60,189 nt of DNA from Terriglobales bacterium (GTDB lineage: Bacteria > Acidobacteriota > Terriglobia > Terriglobales > SCQP01). The notes beneath the pieces are model-generated. The model was not told the origin of the DNA. It was given only the letters and a program-made list of their open reading frames with translations, and did no database searches. Both the position numbers and the translations under genes were made by a program. How positions within the stretch are numbered: the first letter of the stretch is position 1; the number at the start of each line of letters is the position of its first letter. Positions 26,859 to 36,524 of this stretch are shown piece after piece. The stretch lies in NCBI GenBank assembly GCA_051959955.1, contig JBQCEU010000181.1:1-60189 (forward strand). The letters run 5' to 3'.

Positions 26859-27077
26859 ATGGGCCTATCCATCCTCGGCTGTCCCCATAATCATTTGAGC
26901 TTTCCCATGGTGACGCGCGAGCCCCACGCTCCGGCGCCGCCGGGTGACGCATCCGGCGCGCCGCTGGCCCACGTCACCTGCCTCGACTGCGGCCGCGAAT
27001 TCTGGTACGACTGGGGACGCATGCGCCGGCTCTCCGAGCGCCTCCGCCCGGTCTATCCGCCCCGCCGCGCCGCCTGA
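26859..27077 (+). CDS. Small hypothetical protein (C-P-H-x-H ... C-x2-C, zinc-ribbon-like)
   Basis: AGGAG lies 6 nt upstream of the ATG at 26859. The 72-aa product is MGLSILGCPHNH...VTCLDCGREFWYDW. It is the third gene in the sigma/anti-sigma operon. Confidence 0.45.
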   Translation: MGLSILGCPHNHLSFPMVTREPHAPAPPGDASGAPLAHVTCLDCGREFWYDWGRMRRLSERLRPVYPPRRAA

Positions 27078-27080
27078 GCT

Positions 27081-29198
27081 TCACCCTGCCTCGACCAGTC
27101 CGTAGCGCCGCTGCCAGCGCTGCTGGATCTCGCTCACCAGCGCCCTCATCTCGTCCGGCTGGGCCCGGTCCAGGTAGTCCCGTGCCTGTTGCCGCACCTG
27201 GGCCATCAGCTCCAGGTCGCGCACCGGGTGCGCCACATGAAAGGCCGGCAGGCCGCTCTGCCGGGTGCCGAACATCTCGCCTGGTCCGCGCAGCTTGAGA
27301 TCCAGTTCCGCCAGCGCGAACCCGTCGCGCGTTTGGGCCAGGGCCTGCAGCCGCCGCTGCGCCGCCTCCCCCGGCCGGGGGCCGGTCACCAGGAAGCAGT
27401 GGGAAGGCTCCGCGGTCCCGGCTGCCCGCGGTTGCGGACGTCCGATCCGCCCGCGCAACTGGTGCAACTGCGCGATGCCGAACCGCTCCGCGTGCTCGAT
27501 CACCATCAGCGTCGCGTTGGGTACGTCAACGCCCACTTCGATGACCGTGGTCGCCACCAGGGCCTGCAAGGCGCCCTGCCGAAAGGCCTGCATGAGGGCA
27601 TGCTTTTCCTCTGCCGGCAGCCGCCCGTGGAGCAGACCCAGCCGCAGCCGCGGATATTGGCGCTGCAGTCTGGCAAACATTTTCTGGGCGGGCTTGAGGT
27701 CGAGTTGGGCTGATTCTTCAATCAGCGGATAGACGAAATACGCCTGGCGGCCCGCCTCCAGCCGGCGGTTCACAAAGTCATAGACGGCATCGGCGCGGCT
27801 CGCCTCCACCACGCGCGTATGGATGGGCAAGGCGCCCGGCGGCGCCTGTCGCAGCGTGCTCACCTCCAGGTCGCCGTACAGGGTCAGGGCCAGCGAACGC
27901 GGAATCGGGGTGGCGGTCATCACCAGCACGTGCGCCGCCCGCTCTGTCCCCGCCCGGTCTTTGTGCATCAGTTGGAAGCGCTGCATCACGCCGAAGCGGT
28001 GCTGCTCGTCCACGATCACCAGGCCCAGCCGCTCGAGGCGATGCCGGCCCTCCAGCAGGGCCTGCGTGCCGATGGCCAACTGCGGCTCTCCCGCCGTCCG
28101 CCGCCTGCCGCCGGTCACCAGCGCCACGTGATAGTCGGGCAGCCGCTGCCGCGCCACCAGGTAATGCTGTTCCGCCAGAATCTGCGTGGGCGCCATCAGC
28201 GCCACCTGGTAGCCGTTCTCCATCGCCACCACCGCCGCCTGCAGGGCGACAATGGTTTTGCCGCTGCCGACATCGCCTTGCAGCAGCCTCCGCATGGGAT
28301 GGCCCGAGCACATGTCGCCCACGATGTCGCGCAGCGCGTTCTTTTGGTCGGCCGTGGGGTGGAACGGCAGCAGCTTCTTGAGCGCTTCGCGCATGGGCGG
28401 CTGCACCGTCATCTCCACGCCCGCCTGCCGCCGCACCCGGCGCTGTTTCAGCTCCAGCCCGGCCTGCAGGAAAAACAACTCTTCGAAGATCAGCCGCCGG
28501 TGCCCCGGGGTGCGTGCGTTCTCCAATTCCGCCGGCGGGGTGTCGGGCGGGGGAAAGTGCACCTGCTCCAGCGCCGCCCGCCGGTCCGGCAGCCCCAGCC
28601 CGGCGCGAAGGCCGGCGGGCAGCGCATCCGGCAGCTCTCTGGGCAGCGCTGCCAGCGCGCTGTGCACCAGCCGCCGCAGCCGCGCCGCCCCCAGCGCCCC
28701 GATGGCCTCGTACACCGGCACGATGCGGCCCAGCTTGAGCGAACCCACGGTGCCCTCGTCCGCCTGCAGCCGTTCAATCTCCGGCTGGCGCATGAGCAGG
28801 CGTCCGCGCTCGCGGATCAGTTTCCCATAGAGCGCCACCATCGCGCCCGAGGCAAACTGATCGCGCAAAAACCCGGCGTGATACCAGCCGCAGCGCATCA
28901 TCCCCGTGCCGTCATTCACCAGCATCTCCATGGTGACCACGCCGCGCTGCGTGCGCCCCATGGCCACGGTATGCACTTGCGCCACCACCACCGCCGCTTC
29001 GCCCTCCACCAGCTCGCGAATGCTGCGCCTCCGGCTGCGGTCCTCGTAGCGAAAGGGAAGCGTGGTGATCAAATCCTCCACGGTAAAGACCCCGCGCTGC
29101 TGCAGGACGCGCGCCAACTTCGGTCCCACGCCCTTGACAAACTGCACCTCCGTCGCCAGGCTCAGGCGGGAAGATTCCGGAACGGGCGCATCCAGCAT
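27081..29198 (-). CDS. recG: ATP-dependent DNA helicase RecG
   Basis: Has a wedge domain, helicase motif I (GDVGSGKT), DEQHRFG and QLHQLRGRIGR. I chose the ATG at 29198 (MLDAPVP). Confidence 0.95.
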   Translation of the reverse strand: MLDAPVPESSRLSLATEVQFVKGVGPKLARVLQQRGVFTVEDLITTLPFRYEDRSRRRSIRELVEGEAAVVVAQVHTVAMGRTQRGVVTMEMLVNDGTGMMRCGWYHAGFLRDQFASGAMVALYGKLIRERGRLLMRQPEIERLQADEGTVGSLKLGRIVPVYEAIGALGAARLRRLVHSALAALPRELPDALPAGLRAGLGLPDRRAALEQVHFPPPDTPPAELENARTPGHRRLIFEELFFLQAGLELKQRRVRRQAGVEMTVQPPMREALKKLLPFHPTADQKNALRDIVGDMCSGHPMRRLLQGDVGSGKTIVALQAAVVAMENGYQVALMAPTQILAEQHYLVARQRLPDYHVALVTGGRRRTAGEPQLAIGTQALLEGRHRLERLGLVIVDEQHRFGVMQRFQLMHKDRAGTERAAHVLVMTATPIPRSLALTLYGDLEVSTLRQAPPGALPIHTRVVEASRADAVYDFVNRRLEAGRQAYFVYPLIEESAQLDLKPAQKMFARLQRQYPRLRLGLLHGRLPAEEKHALMQAFRQGALQALVATTVIEVGVDVPNATLMVIEHAERFGIAQLHQLRGRIGRPQPRAAGTAEPSHCFLVTGPRPGEAAQRRLQALAQTRDGFALAELDLKLRGPGEMFGTRQSGLPAFHVAHPVRDLELMAQVRQQARDYLDRAQPDEMRALVSEIQQRWQRRYGLVEAG

Positions 29199-29215
29199 GG
29201 CCTCTATAATGACAG

Positions 29216-31102
29216 GTGGTGTGGAACTCTCGATGTCAGCGGGTTGCGCGGCCGGGCCGCGCCGGGGCCCGCGCCCGCGCATGGCTGCCGGCCTTGCTGG
29301 CAGCTCTACTGGCACAAACGGTTTTGGCTGCAGCGGCGGGTGCAGCCGGGCCCCTTTCCCGGCCTGCGCCGCCGCCGCCGGCGGCCCTGCGCCGCGCCCT
29401 CGAAGCCGCCCACGACGGCCAACTCGACCGGGCGTTTTTCCTGGCCCGCCGCGCCGTCGAACAGCAGCCTGAAAACCAGGAACTGATCACCATCCGCGAA
29501 ATTCTCCGCCAGCGGGCGGTGATGGCCCACCTCCAGTCCGGCCGCAAACTGGCGGGCTTGGGCCGGCATGACGCCGCCGCCGCGGAGTTTCGCTCCGCCC
29601 TGGCTCTCGACCCGGGCAGCGCCGATGCCCGCCTCGGCCTGGCGCAGCAGTATCCTTCCCGCACGCCCGCGGCGCCCACCGACACCCGCCTGCGTGTCGA
29701 GCGCGCGGCTCCGCCCATTCTGGTCGCGGCCGCGCCGGGCCGGCGCGACTTTCACCTGCGCCTGAGCACCCCCGATGCCGCGGCCCAGGTCGCGTCCGCC
29801 TACGGCTTGCGCGCCTACGTCGCCACGGATGTGCCCCGCACCCAGGTGCGCCTCGATCTTGACCACGCCACCTTCACCCAGGCCATGACCGCGCTGCGAG
29901 CGGTGAGCGGCCTCGATTGGATTCCGCTCGACGCCCACACCCTCTACTTCGGCACTGTGGCGCAGCTCAAGGCACGCCAACCACTGGCCACGCGCACCTT
30001 TTACCTGCCTTGGGTGGCGGATACCATCACCTTGAACCAGATCACCGGCGCCGTCCGCACGCTGCTCGCGGTTCCACAGGCGATGCCCGATGCCGATGCC
30101 AATACGCTGACCGTCCGCGGAACCCCGGAACAATTGGATGCCGTCGAGGCGCTCCTGCTGCATCTGCACGGCGCGCCGGGCGAAGTGCTGCTCGAAGTGC
30201 GCGTGCTGGATCTGAGCAGCACCACCGCCCGCGATCTCGGCCTCTCGCTCCCCAACCAGTTCACCATGTTCTCGCTGGCGCCGCTGCTCGCCCAGCTCAA
30301 AAACAGCGGCAGCCTGTCGCAGGACATCCTCAACCTGTTCGAGCAGGGCGGGTTGAATGCCGTCCTCAACTCCGGCATGCTCTCCCCCTCGGACCTGGCC
30401 AACGCGCAATCCCTGCTTTCCCCCCTGCTGCAGAATCCGTTCGTGGTTTTTGGCGGCGGCGCCACGCTGATGGCGGTGTCCGTGCCCAGCTTCACCGCCC
30501 AGTTGAATGCCGCCCAGGGCCGGGTGACAAGCATCGAAACCGCGCTCCTGCGCGCCCAAAGCGGTCAGAACGCCGAACTGAAAATCGGCCAGCGTTACCC
30601 GGTCATCAACGCTTCGTTTGCGCCCATCACCCTCAGCCCGGAGATCAGCAAGGTGCTGGGCAACGGCAGTTTCATCCAGCCCTTCCCCTCCTTCACCTAC
30701 CAGGATCTGGGTCTCGACGCCAAGGTGACGCCCTACGTCGCCCTCAATGGCGAGCTGCGCCTGCAGCTCGACCTCACCATCTCCAGCCTCACCGGCGCCT
30801 CCAGCAACAATATTCCCATCGTCAACCAGCGTCATCTGGTTACCGAAGTCGGCCTGCGCGATGGGGAGCCGGTGATGGTGGCCGGTTTGTTCAACAACCA
30901 GGAGATGCGCAGCCTCTCCGGCCTGCCCGGCCTGTCACAAATCCCCGGCCTGGGCAGGCTCTTCTCCTCCGAAAATCTTCAAACCGCACACAGCCAGTTG
31001 GCGCTGCTGATCACTCCCCATCTGGTGCAATTGCCGCAGCGCCAATCGCCCGGTATCTGGCTCCCCGCCGGCTTCGCCCCGGTCGCCGCCGCCGGTAACT
31101 GA
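29216..31102 (+). CDS. Secretin-family outer-membrane channel protein with an N-terminal TPR-like region
   Basis: The C-terminal secretin signature is VAGLFNNQEMRSLSGLPGLSQIPGLGRLFSS...LALLITPHLV. The N-terminus is signal-like, followed by TPR-like helices. It uses a GTG start. Confidence 0.8.
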   Translation: MVWNSRCQRVARPGRAGARARAWLPALLAALLAQTVLAAAAGAAGPLSRPAPPPPAALRRALEAAHDGQLDRAFFLARRAVEQQPENQELITIREILRQRAVMAHLQSGRKLAGLGRHDAAAAEFRSALALDPGSADARLGLAQQYPSRTPAAPTDTRLRVERAAPPILVAAAPGRRDFHLRLSTPDAAAQVASAYGLRAYVATDVPRTQVRLDLDHATFTQAMTALRAVSGLDWIPLDAHTLYFGTVAQLKARQPLATRTFYLPWVADTITLNQITGAVRTLLAVPQAMPDADANTLTVRGTPEQLDAVEALLLHLHGAPGEVLLEVRVLDLSSTTARDLGLSLPNQFTMFSLAPLLAQLKNSGSLSQDILNLFEQGGLNAVLNSGMLSPSDLANAQSLLSPLLQNPFVVFGGGATLMAVSVPSFTAQLNAAQGRVTSIETALLRAQSGQNAELKIGQRYPVINASFAPITLSPEISKVLGNGSFIQPFPSFTYQDLGLDAKVTPYVALNGELRLQLDLTISSLTGASSNNIPIVNQRHLVTEVGLRDGEPVMVAGLFNNQEMRSLSGLPGLSQIPGLGRLFSSENLQTAHSQLALLITPHLVQLPQRQSPGIWLPAGFAPVAAAGN

Positions 31103-31104
31103 CG

Positions 31105-32427
31105 TCAGCGTTCGCGGTTCTTCACCACGGCGCCGCCCTTCATCACGAACTGCACGTCTTCCAGCAGGCGGATGTTCTGCAGCGGATCGCCGGCCACGCC
31201 CACGATATCGGCGTATTTGCCCACCTCCAATGTGCCGATGTTCTTCTCGTCGCGCAGCAGCTCGCTGGCGTTGAGCGTTCCGGCCTGAATCGCCGCCAGC
31301 GGCGACATGCCGTAGTGCACCATCCAGTAAAACTCCTGCCCCTGCGTGCCATGGGGAAACGGCCCCACGTCGGTGCCCAGGGCGATCGGCACCCCCGCCG
31401 CCAGTTGCTTGCGGAACTCCGCGGCTTTGTACTCGATCGTCCGGCTGGTGCCTCCGGGTCCGCCCATGGCTTTGCTGTTGAAAGCGATGTACACGCTGAA
31501 GGTGGGCACGGCAAAGATGTGCTTGGCGGCCATCAGCTTCATCGTCTCCGGGGAGAGTTGCGTGGCGTGGTCAATGGACGCCACTCCGGCTTGCGCGGCA
31601 TAGAGCGTGCCAGGCTCGCCCGCGTCATGGACGCCGATGAACGTGCCCAGCCGGTCGGCCTCCGCCACGGCGGCGGCCAGCTCGGGCTCGGTGAACTGGT
31701 ACTGCACGGTGAACTTGCCGTTCACCCAGCGCTCGCTGCCGGTTTCATAAATCTTGATGAAGGTGGCGCCCAAATGAAACTGCCGCCGCATCGTCTCCAC
31801 CAACTGGGTGATGCCGGTCACCATGTCGGCATTGTCGGGAATGGGGATGGCGGTATTGTAGCCGCGGGCCGCCTCGTGACCGCCCACGATGGAGATGGCG
31901 TTGCCGGAGATCCACATGCGTGGCCCGGGGATATCCCCGCGATTGATCGCTTGGCGCACGGCCGCGTCGGCATTGCCCGCGCCTTCGGTTCCCATGTCCC
32001 GCTCCGCGGTGAAACCGGCCTCCAGGTCGGCCTTGGCCGCCAACGTGGCCAGGATGGTGCGCTCCGGCACGGTTTCGCGTACCGTCTGCCCCGCCTCGTC
32101 CACCGGCTGTCCCGGCCGGGGTGCGTGCAGAAACAGGTGCACGTGCGCATCAATCAGGCCGGGCAGCAGCGTCAGGCCGCCCAGGTCAATCTCCTTCGTC
32201 CCCGCCGGCGCGGTCAGGTTGGCGCCCATGGCGGCGATGCGGCCATGCTCCACCAGAATCATGCCCGGTCGCGTGTAGGCGCCGGTGCGCACGTTCAGCA
32301 CCGCCGCCGCCTTCAGCAGCACCGGTGGTGTCGCCGCGCTCACGCCTCCATCCACCTGGGCCGCTGCCGGCAGGGCGCTCAGTAGCGCCACTGTGACCGC
32401 GGCCGCCGCCATTTTCAAGCTTTGCAT
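31105..32427 (-). CDS. Exported amidohydrolase-superfamily metallohydrolase
   Basis: Has a signal peptide (MQSLKMAAAAVTVALLSALPAAAQ), LIDAHVHL, KIYETGS, HDAGE and ALGTDVG. It is a paralogue of the gene at 14356-15636. Confidence 0.85.
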   Translation of the reverse strand: MQSLKMAAAAVTVALLSALPAAAQVDGGVSAATPPVLLKAAAVLNVRTGAYTRPGMILVEHGRIAAMGANLTAPAGTKEIDLGGLTLLPGLIDAHVHLFLHAPRPGQPVDEAGQTVRETVPERTILATLAAKADLEAGFTAERDMGTEGAGNADAAVRQAINRGDIPGPRMWISGNAISIVGGHEAARGYNTAIPIPDNADMVTGITQLVETMRRQFHLGATFIKIYETGSERWVNGKFTVQYQFTEPELAAAVAEADRLGTFIGVHDAGEPGTLYAAQAGVASIDHATQLSPETMKLMAAKHIFAVPTFSVYIAFNSKAMGGPGGTSRTIEYKAAEFRKQLAAGVPIALGTDVGPFPHGTQGQEFYWMVHYGMSPLAAIQAGTLNASELLRDEKNIGTLEVGKYADIVGVAGDPLQNIRLLEDVQFVMKGGAVVKNRER

Positions 32428-32446
32428 TGCCTTCTCCCTTCGGCTG

Positions 32447-35017
32447 TCAGTGATAAATGCCGGTGTCCGGCCAGCAGATCAGCCCGTCCTCCGGCGGCGT
32501 TCGCGGCCCCTCGAGTCCGCCGCGTCCGCCGCGTCCCGCGCCTGCGGCGGCGGGCGAAGGCGCGAATTTGGGATCGAGGGTTTGGGCGATCTCGTCCCGC
32601 GCGGCTGCCAGGTGGGCCCGCGTGGCGGCGTCGCGGGCGCGCGGCAGAGCCATGCGGATGTCGTTGGTCAGGGTCACCAGTTGCGCCCGCAGCAGCGCCC
32701 GCGGTTCCGCCATGGCATCGTCGTTTTCCTGGAGCTTGGTGCGCACCACGCCCAGGTAGGCGTCCTGGAGGTTGCGGCGATACGCGTCAATGCCCACCTG
32801 CGGCTGCGTCAACTCGCTCCAGATGCCGTGGCGCAAATCCGCGAGAAAATCCGCCGGCGCATAGGCCGCCGTGCCATCTTCGGCGGCCAGTTGCTCCATC
32901 CGTTCCAGCCGCTGATTTTGCAACAGGATCGAAAGCACCCGCAGTTGGCTGGTGCGAATTTGCCCCATCGCCCCGTCCGGCTCAAAGATGCGCGTGACCT
33001 TCGGCTGAATGAGGAAATGCGGGGTGGCGAAGGCGTTCTGGTTGAGGAAGGCCACCGCCGCCGCCTGCCGCGCCCGCGGCTCGGGCGTAAACTGCGTTCC
33101 GCTCTGGTCGCTGTGCTTGTCCTGCGAATCCACGCCGCCCACCATCACCGCCACATGGCCCATCTCGGTTGCCCACTGTCCCAGAATGCGTGCGTAAACC
33201 TCGTTCATGCGGTCATAGGGCTTGCCGGATTTGGCGGTGGTCGCGGGCGCCAGCATGTTCATCACCCGCTCCAGGTTTTTCAATCCCATGCTGGTGGCGT
33301 AGAGGGCGTCGGCGTCGCCCACCGCCTCGGTGTTGGCGCCCGGATCGGCCCCGTCGGCATGGTCGGTGGTGAAGCGCAGCCACGGCGTCTTGTCCTGCTC
33401 CCGCGACCAGGCGTCCAGGGTCGGCTTCTCCTCATCGGGCGTGGACGCGCCGGGTATGGGCGCGTAGCCCCAATGCACCGCCCACTTGTCGTAGGGGCCG
33501 ATCTTGGGGATCAGATCCTCGGGCGGAATATGATCCTCCGGCTGCGCCACGTAATCGAAGCGGGCGTAGTCCATCAGCGTCGCCACATCCCCCATCGTCG
33601 CCAGCCAGTGGGCGTCGCGCAGATCCTTGACCGGGTACTCCGAACTCGACTTCATGTTGTGCTGGAATCCCAGCGTATGCCCCACTTCGTGGGCCACCAC
33701 GTACTCCAACAGGCGCCCGCTCAGATCCTCAGGTAGCGGCAGGCTGGCCGCCCGCGGATCCAGCGGCCCCACCTGGGTGAAGTACCAGTCGTTCACCAGG
33801 TTCAGTACATTCTGGTAGATCTGCACCTGCGCGTTCAGGATTTCTCCGGTGCGCGGATCGTGGATGTTGGGTCCAACCGAATTCTCGACCGTGGAGGGCA
33901 GCCAGCGGATCATGGAGTTGCGCATGTCCTGCGGACTCCAGGTGGGATCTTCCGCCGGCGTGGGCGCGTCCTTGGCCACGATGGCGTTTTTGAACCCCGC
34001 CGCCTCAAACGCCGGCTGCCAGTCCTCGATGCCCTTGCGGATCCACTTCCGCCACTGCACCGGCGTCGCCGGATCAATGTAATAGACGATGGGCTTCACC
34101 GGTTCCGACAGCGCCACGCCCGGATCCTTCTTCACCAGCCGCCAGCGCGTGATGTAGGTGCGCGTGGGCGCCTTGGGCTCGTCGCGGCTAAAATCCTGCT
34201 GGGTCACGCTGAAATATCCCACCCGGTCGTCAAACAGCCGCGGCGGCATCTTGTCCTCCGGCAGCTTGATCATGCTGAAGTGCATGCGCACCGTCTGGCT
34301 GGGCGGCGCCGGGCGTGCCCCGCGTGCGCCCCGGCCGCCCGTATCCTCTCCCGGCGCGGGCAGCGGGGTGGTGTAGGTCTGGGTGGCCTCGACCTCGATG
34401 TTCTCCGGAAACGCCCGCGCGCTGTCGAAAAAGGAACGCGCGGCGTCAAAGCCGCGCGCCCGCAGCCGCTGCCGGGGGCTGAACTCCGGCACTTCGGTGT
34501 CGTACAGCCGCGTCACATCAATCACCGCTTCGTGATTCGGCCCCCACGCCGCCACCGGAAACGCCATCACGATATTGCTGTTGTTGGAGGCCGCCACCGC
34601 CGAGGCGATCGGCAGCGCCGGGTCGGCCACCATGCGGTAGTCCACCTCACGCAGCAGGATGGTGTCGTCGTGCCGCACCCAGCGCACCACGTGATCGCCC
34701 ACCTGGTCGCCGCCGTAGCCGTCACCGAAGGGCGTGCGCGCGATCAGGCTGGTCCACAGGAAGTCCTTGTCGAGCTGATCGGTGGGAATGGCGAAATACA
34801 GATGCTCGGCGTCGCTGACCTTGTCCTTCTGCGTGTAGACGGTGAAGATGCCGGTCTGCTTCCGCGCCGCACCGGTGATGACCTGATCGAAGGGCTTGGG
34901 AGCGCGACTGGCGCCTGCTCCGGCCTCACCCCGGCCGCCCCGGCCCTGCGCCGTCAAGGGAAGGGAACCCGCGGCCAGACAGGCCGCCAGGCAAGCCGCG
35001 CCAAGGATGCGCTTCAT
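32447..35017 (-). CDS. Large exported zinc metalloprotease (Met-zincin, DUF5117/DUF4953-type architecture)
   Basis: Has a signal peptide (MKRILGAACLAACLAAGSLPLTAQ) and a HEXXH zinc site (VAHEVGHTLGFQHN). Length is 856 aa. The family name is from memory. Confidence 0.85.
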   Translation of the reverse strand: MKRILGAACLAACLAAGSLPLTAQGRGGRGEAGAGASRAPKPFDQVITGAARKQTGIFTVYTQKDKVSDAEHLYFAIPTDQLDKDFLWTSLIARTPFGDGYGGDQVGDHVVRWVRHDDTILLREVDYRMVADPALPIASAVAASNNSNIVMAFPVAAWGPNHEAVIDVTRLYDTEVPEFSPRQRLRARGFDAARSFFDSARAFPENIEVEATQTYTTPLPAPGEDTGGRGARGARPAPPSQTVRMHFSMIKLPEDKMPPRLFDDRVGYFSVTQQDFSRDEPKAPTRTYITRWRLVKKDPGVALSEPVKPIVYYIDPATPVQWRKWIRKGIEDWQPAFEAAGFKNAIVAKDAPTPAEDPTWSPQDMRNSMIRWLPSTVENSVGPNIHDPRTGEILNAQVQIYQNVLNLVNDWYFTQVGPLDPRAASLPLPEDLSGRLLEYVVAHEVGHTLGFQHNMKSSSEYPVKDLRDAHWLATMGDVATLMDYARFDYVAQPEDHIPPEDLIPKIGPYDKWAVHWGYAPIPGASTPDEEKPTLDAWSREQDKTPWLRFTTDHADGADPGANTEAVGDADALYATSMGLKNLERVMNMLAPATTAKSGKPYDRMNEVYARILGQWATEMGHVAVMVGGVDSQDKHSDQSGTQFTPEPRARQAAAVAFLNQNAFATPHFLIQPKVTRIFEPDGAMGQIRTSQLRVLSILLQNQRLERMEQLAAEDGTAAYAPADFLADLRHGIWSELTQPQVGIDAYRRNLQDAYLGVVRTKLQENDDAMAEPRALLRAQLVTLTNDIRMALPRARDAATRAHLAAARDEIAQTLDPKFAPSPAAAGAGRGGRGGLEGPRTPPEDGLICWPDTGIYH

Positions 35018-35080
35018 AAGAAAGGTGCCTCCGGGCTAATTCGGCCTGAGTCTAACACAGCCAACTGTGTGTGTGAGACG

Positions 35081-35533
35081 ATGGGGCCAATGCTCTCCGA
35101 TTTCTGCGATCGCTTCCGCCCGCTGGCGCTGACCCTGCTGCGGCTGGCCGTGGGCGTGGTCTTTCTCTCTCACGGCTGGGGCAAGGTTTCGGATTTGCCC
35201 AAGTGGTCAGGCATTTTCATCCACATGGGTTTCTCCGGATGGGTCGCCTACGGCATCGGCCCGCTGGAGTTTATCGGTGGAGCGCTGCTGATTGTGGGCT
35301 TATTCAGCCGCCTGTTCGGCCTGCTGCTGGCGGGCGACATGCTGGTGGCGCTGCTCAAGGTGCACCGGCCCGGCGGCCCGCTGTTTCCCACTGGCCGCTT
35401 TGAAGAGGTGATGATCCTCTCCGCCATGAGCTTCGCCGTCTTCGCTTACGGCGGCGGACCTATCTCCGTAGACGCCATCCTCTTCGGCCGCAGCCGCTCC
35501 GGTTTCGCCCGCCGCCGCAGTGCCCGCGCGTGA
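35081..35533 (+). CDS. DoxX-family membrane protein
   Basis: Contains LLRLAVGVVFLSHGWGKV and EFIGGALLIVGLFSRL, a four-TM DoxX pattern. It starts at ATG 35081; upstream ORF sequence is antisense to the metalloprotease. Confidence 0.85.
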   Translation: MGPMLSDFCDRFRPLALTLLRLAVGVVFLSHGWGKVSDLPKWSGIFIHMGFSGWVAYGIGPLEFIGGALLIVGLFSRLFGLLLAGDMLVALLKVHRPGGPLFPTGRFEEVMILSAMSFAVFAYGGGPISVDAILFGRSRSGFARRRSARA

Positions 35534-35552
35534 GAGCTGCGCCCGCCCTCCT

Positions 35553-36524
35553 TCACTGTTCGGCAACCTCGTCCAGCCGCTGCCAGCGATAGACTCCCAG
35601 CGCTGCCACCCAGCTCAATACGAATAACCCGATGATGGCGTAGCCCAGCGCGGCGAAGTGATCATTGAGCCAGCGCGCGCCTCCGGCCAGGCCCATCAGC
35701 TCGATGGCGCCCACCAGCAGCGCCATGCCCGCCGAGAGGCCGGTGACGGTGAGGTTGTAGAACATCCGCCGCATGGGCTTGGCGAACGCCCAGCCATACG
35801 CGCCGGTCATGAGCACGCTGTCGCTAGTGTCCACCAGCGCCATGCCGGCGGCGAACAGGGCGGGAAAGACCAGCACCGCTCCCAGCCTCAAGCCGCGCGC
35901 CGCCTCGGCCGCGGCGATGGCCAGCAGACCTACCTCCGTGGCCGTGTCGAAGCCCAAGCCGAACAGAAAGCCCAGCGGGTACATATGCCAACTGGCGCGC
36001 ATGCGCGCAAACAGCGGCCGGTAGAGCCGGGCCAGCAGCCCGCCCCCGGGCTGGGTCCAGTCGAAGCTTGTGTCCGGCCCGCCATCGCCGCGCCGCAATT
36101 GGCGAAAGCGGGCGCGCAGCGACCGCCATACCGCCAGGTTCGCCAGTCCGATCCCCAACAGGAAAATGCCGGAGATGCAGGTGCCCAGCACTCCGCCGAT
36201 ACTCCTCCATTCGCCCAATCCATTCAGCCGCACGGCCGCACCCGCCAGCAGCGCCGCCCCGATCACCACCACGGTCGAGTGACCCAGCGAGAACCACAAC
36301 CCGCTGCTCAGCGCCGGCCGCCGTTCCTGCATCAGCTTGCGGGTGACATTGTCTATGGCGGCGATGTGATCGGCGTCCACCGCATGCCGCAGGCCCAGGC
36401 TGTAGGCCACCAGCGCCATGCCCAGCAGTCCGGCGTTGTGGCGCAGCGTCAGCGCCGCCCACAGCCACGCGGCCGTGTTGCCGGCCAGCAGCCCGGCGTA
36501 AAGCCAGCCCAATCGCGCCTTCAC
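35553..36524 (-). CDS. hoxN: NiCoT-family nickel/cobalt permease
   Basis: Carries the NiCoT signature RHAVDADHIAAIDN and LGFDTATE. The GTG start at 36524 forms a GTGA overlap with the hypB stop. Confidence 0.9.
   Translation of the reverse strand: MKARLGWLYAGLLAGNTAAWLWAALTLRHNAGLLGMALVAYSLGLRHAVDADHIAAIDNVTRKLMQERRPALSSGLWFSLGHSTVVVIGAALLAGAAVRLNGLGEWRSIGGVLGTCISGIFLLGIGLANLAVWRSLRARFRQLRRGDGGPDTSFDWTQPGGGLLARLYRPLFARMRASWHMYPLGFLFGLGFDTATEVGLLAIAAAEAARGLRLGAVLVFPALFAAGMALVDTSDSVLMTGAYGWAFAKPMRRMFYNLTVTGLSAGMALLVGAIELMGLAGGARWLNDHFAALGYAIIGLFVLSWVAALGVYRWQRLDEVAEQ

Noticed and set aside
25880-26872. The N-terminal ~330 codons of the listed 866-aa minus-strand ORF.
   Set aside because: It is antisense to the ECF sigma and anti-sigma genes, which have clear motifs. 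A good ATG (MRSHGTP) at 25879 gives a divergent arrangement with sensible spacing.
35081-35533. DoxX as a possible membrane or quinone partner of the adjacent hydrogenase locus.
   Set aside because: It is on the opposite strand, convergent with hoxN and separated from the operon. Proximity alone is not evidence, and DoxX proteins are common stand-alone genes.
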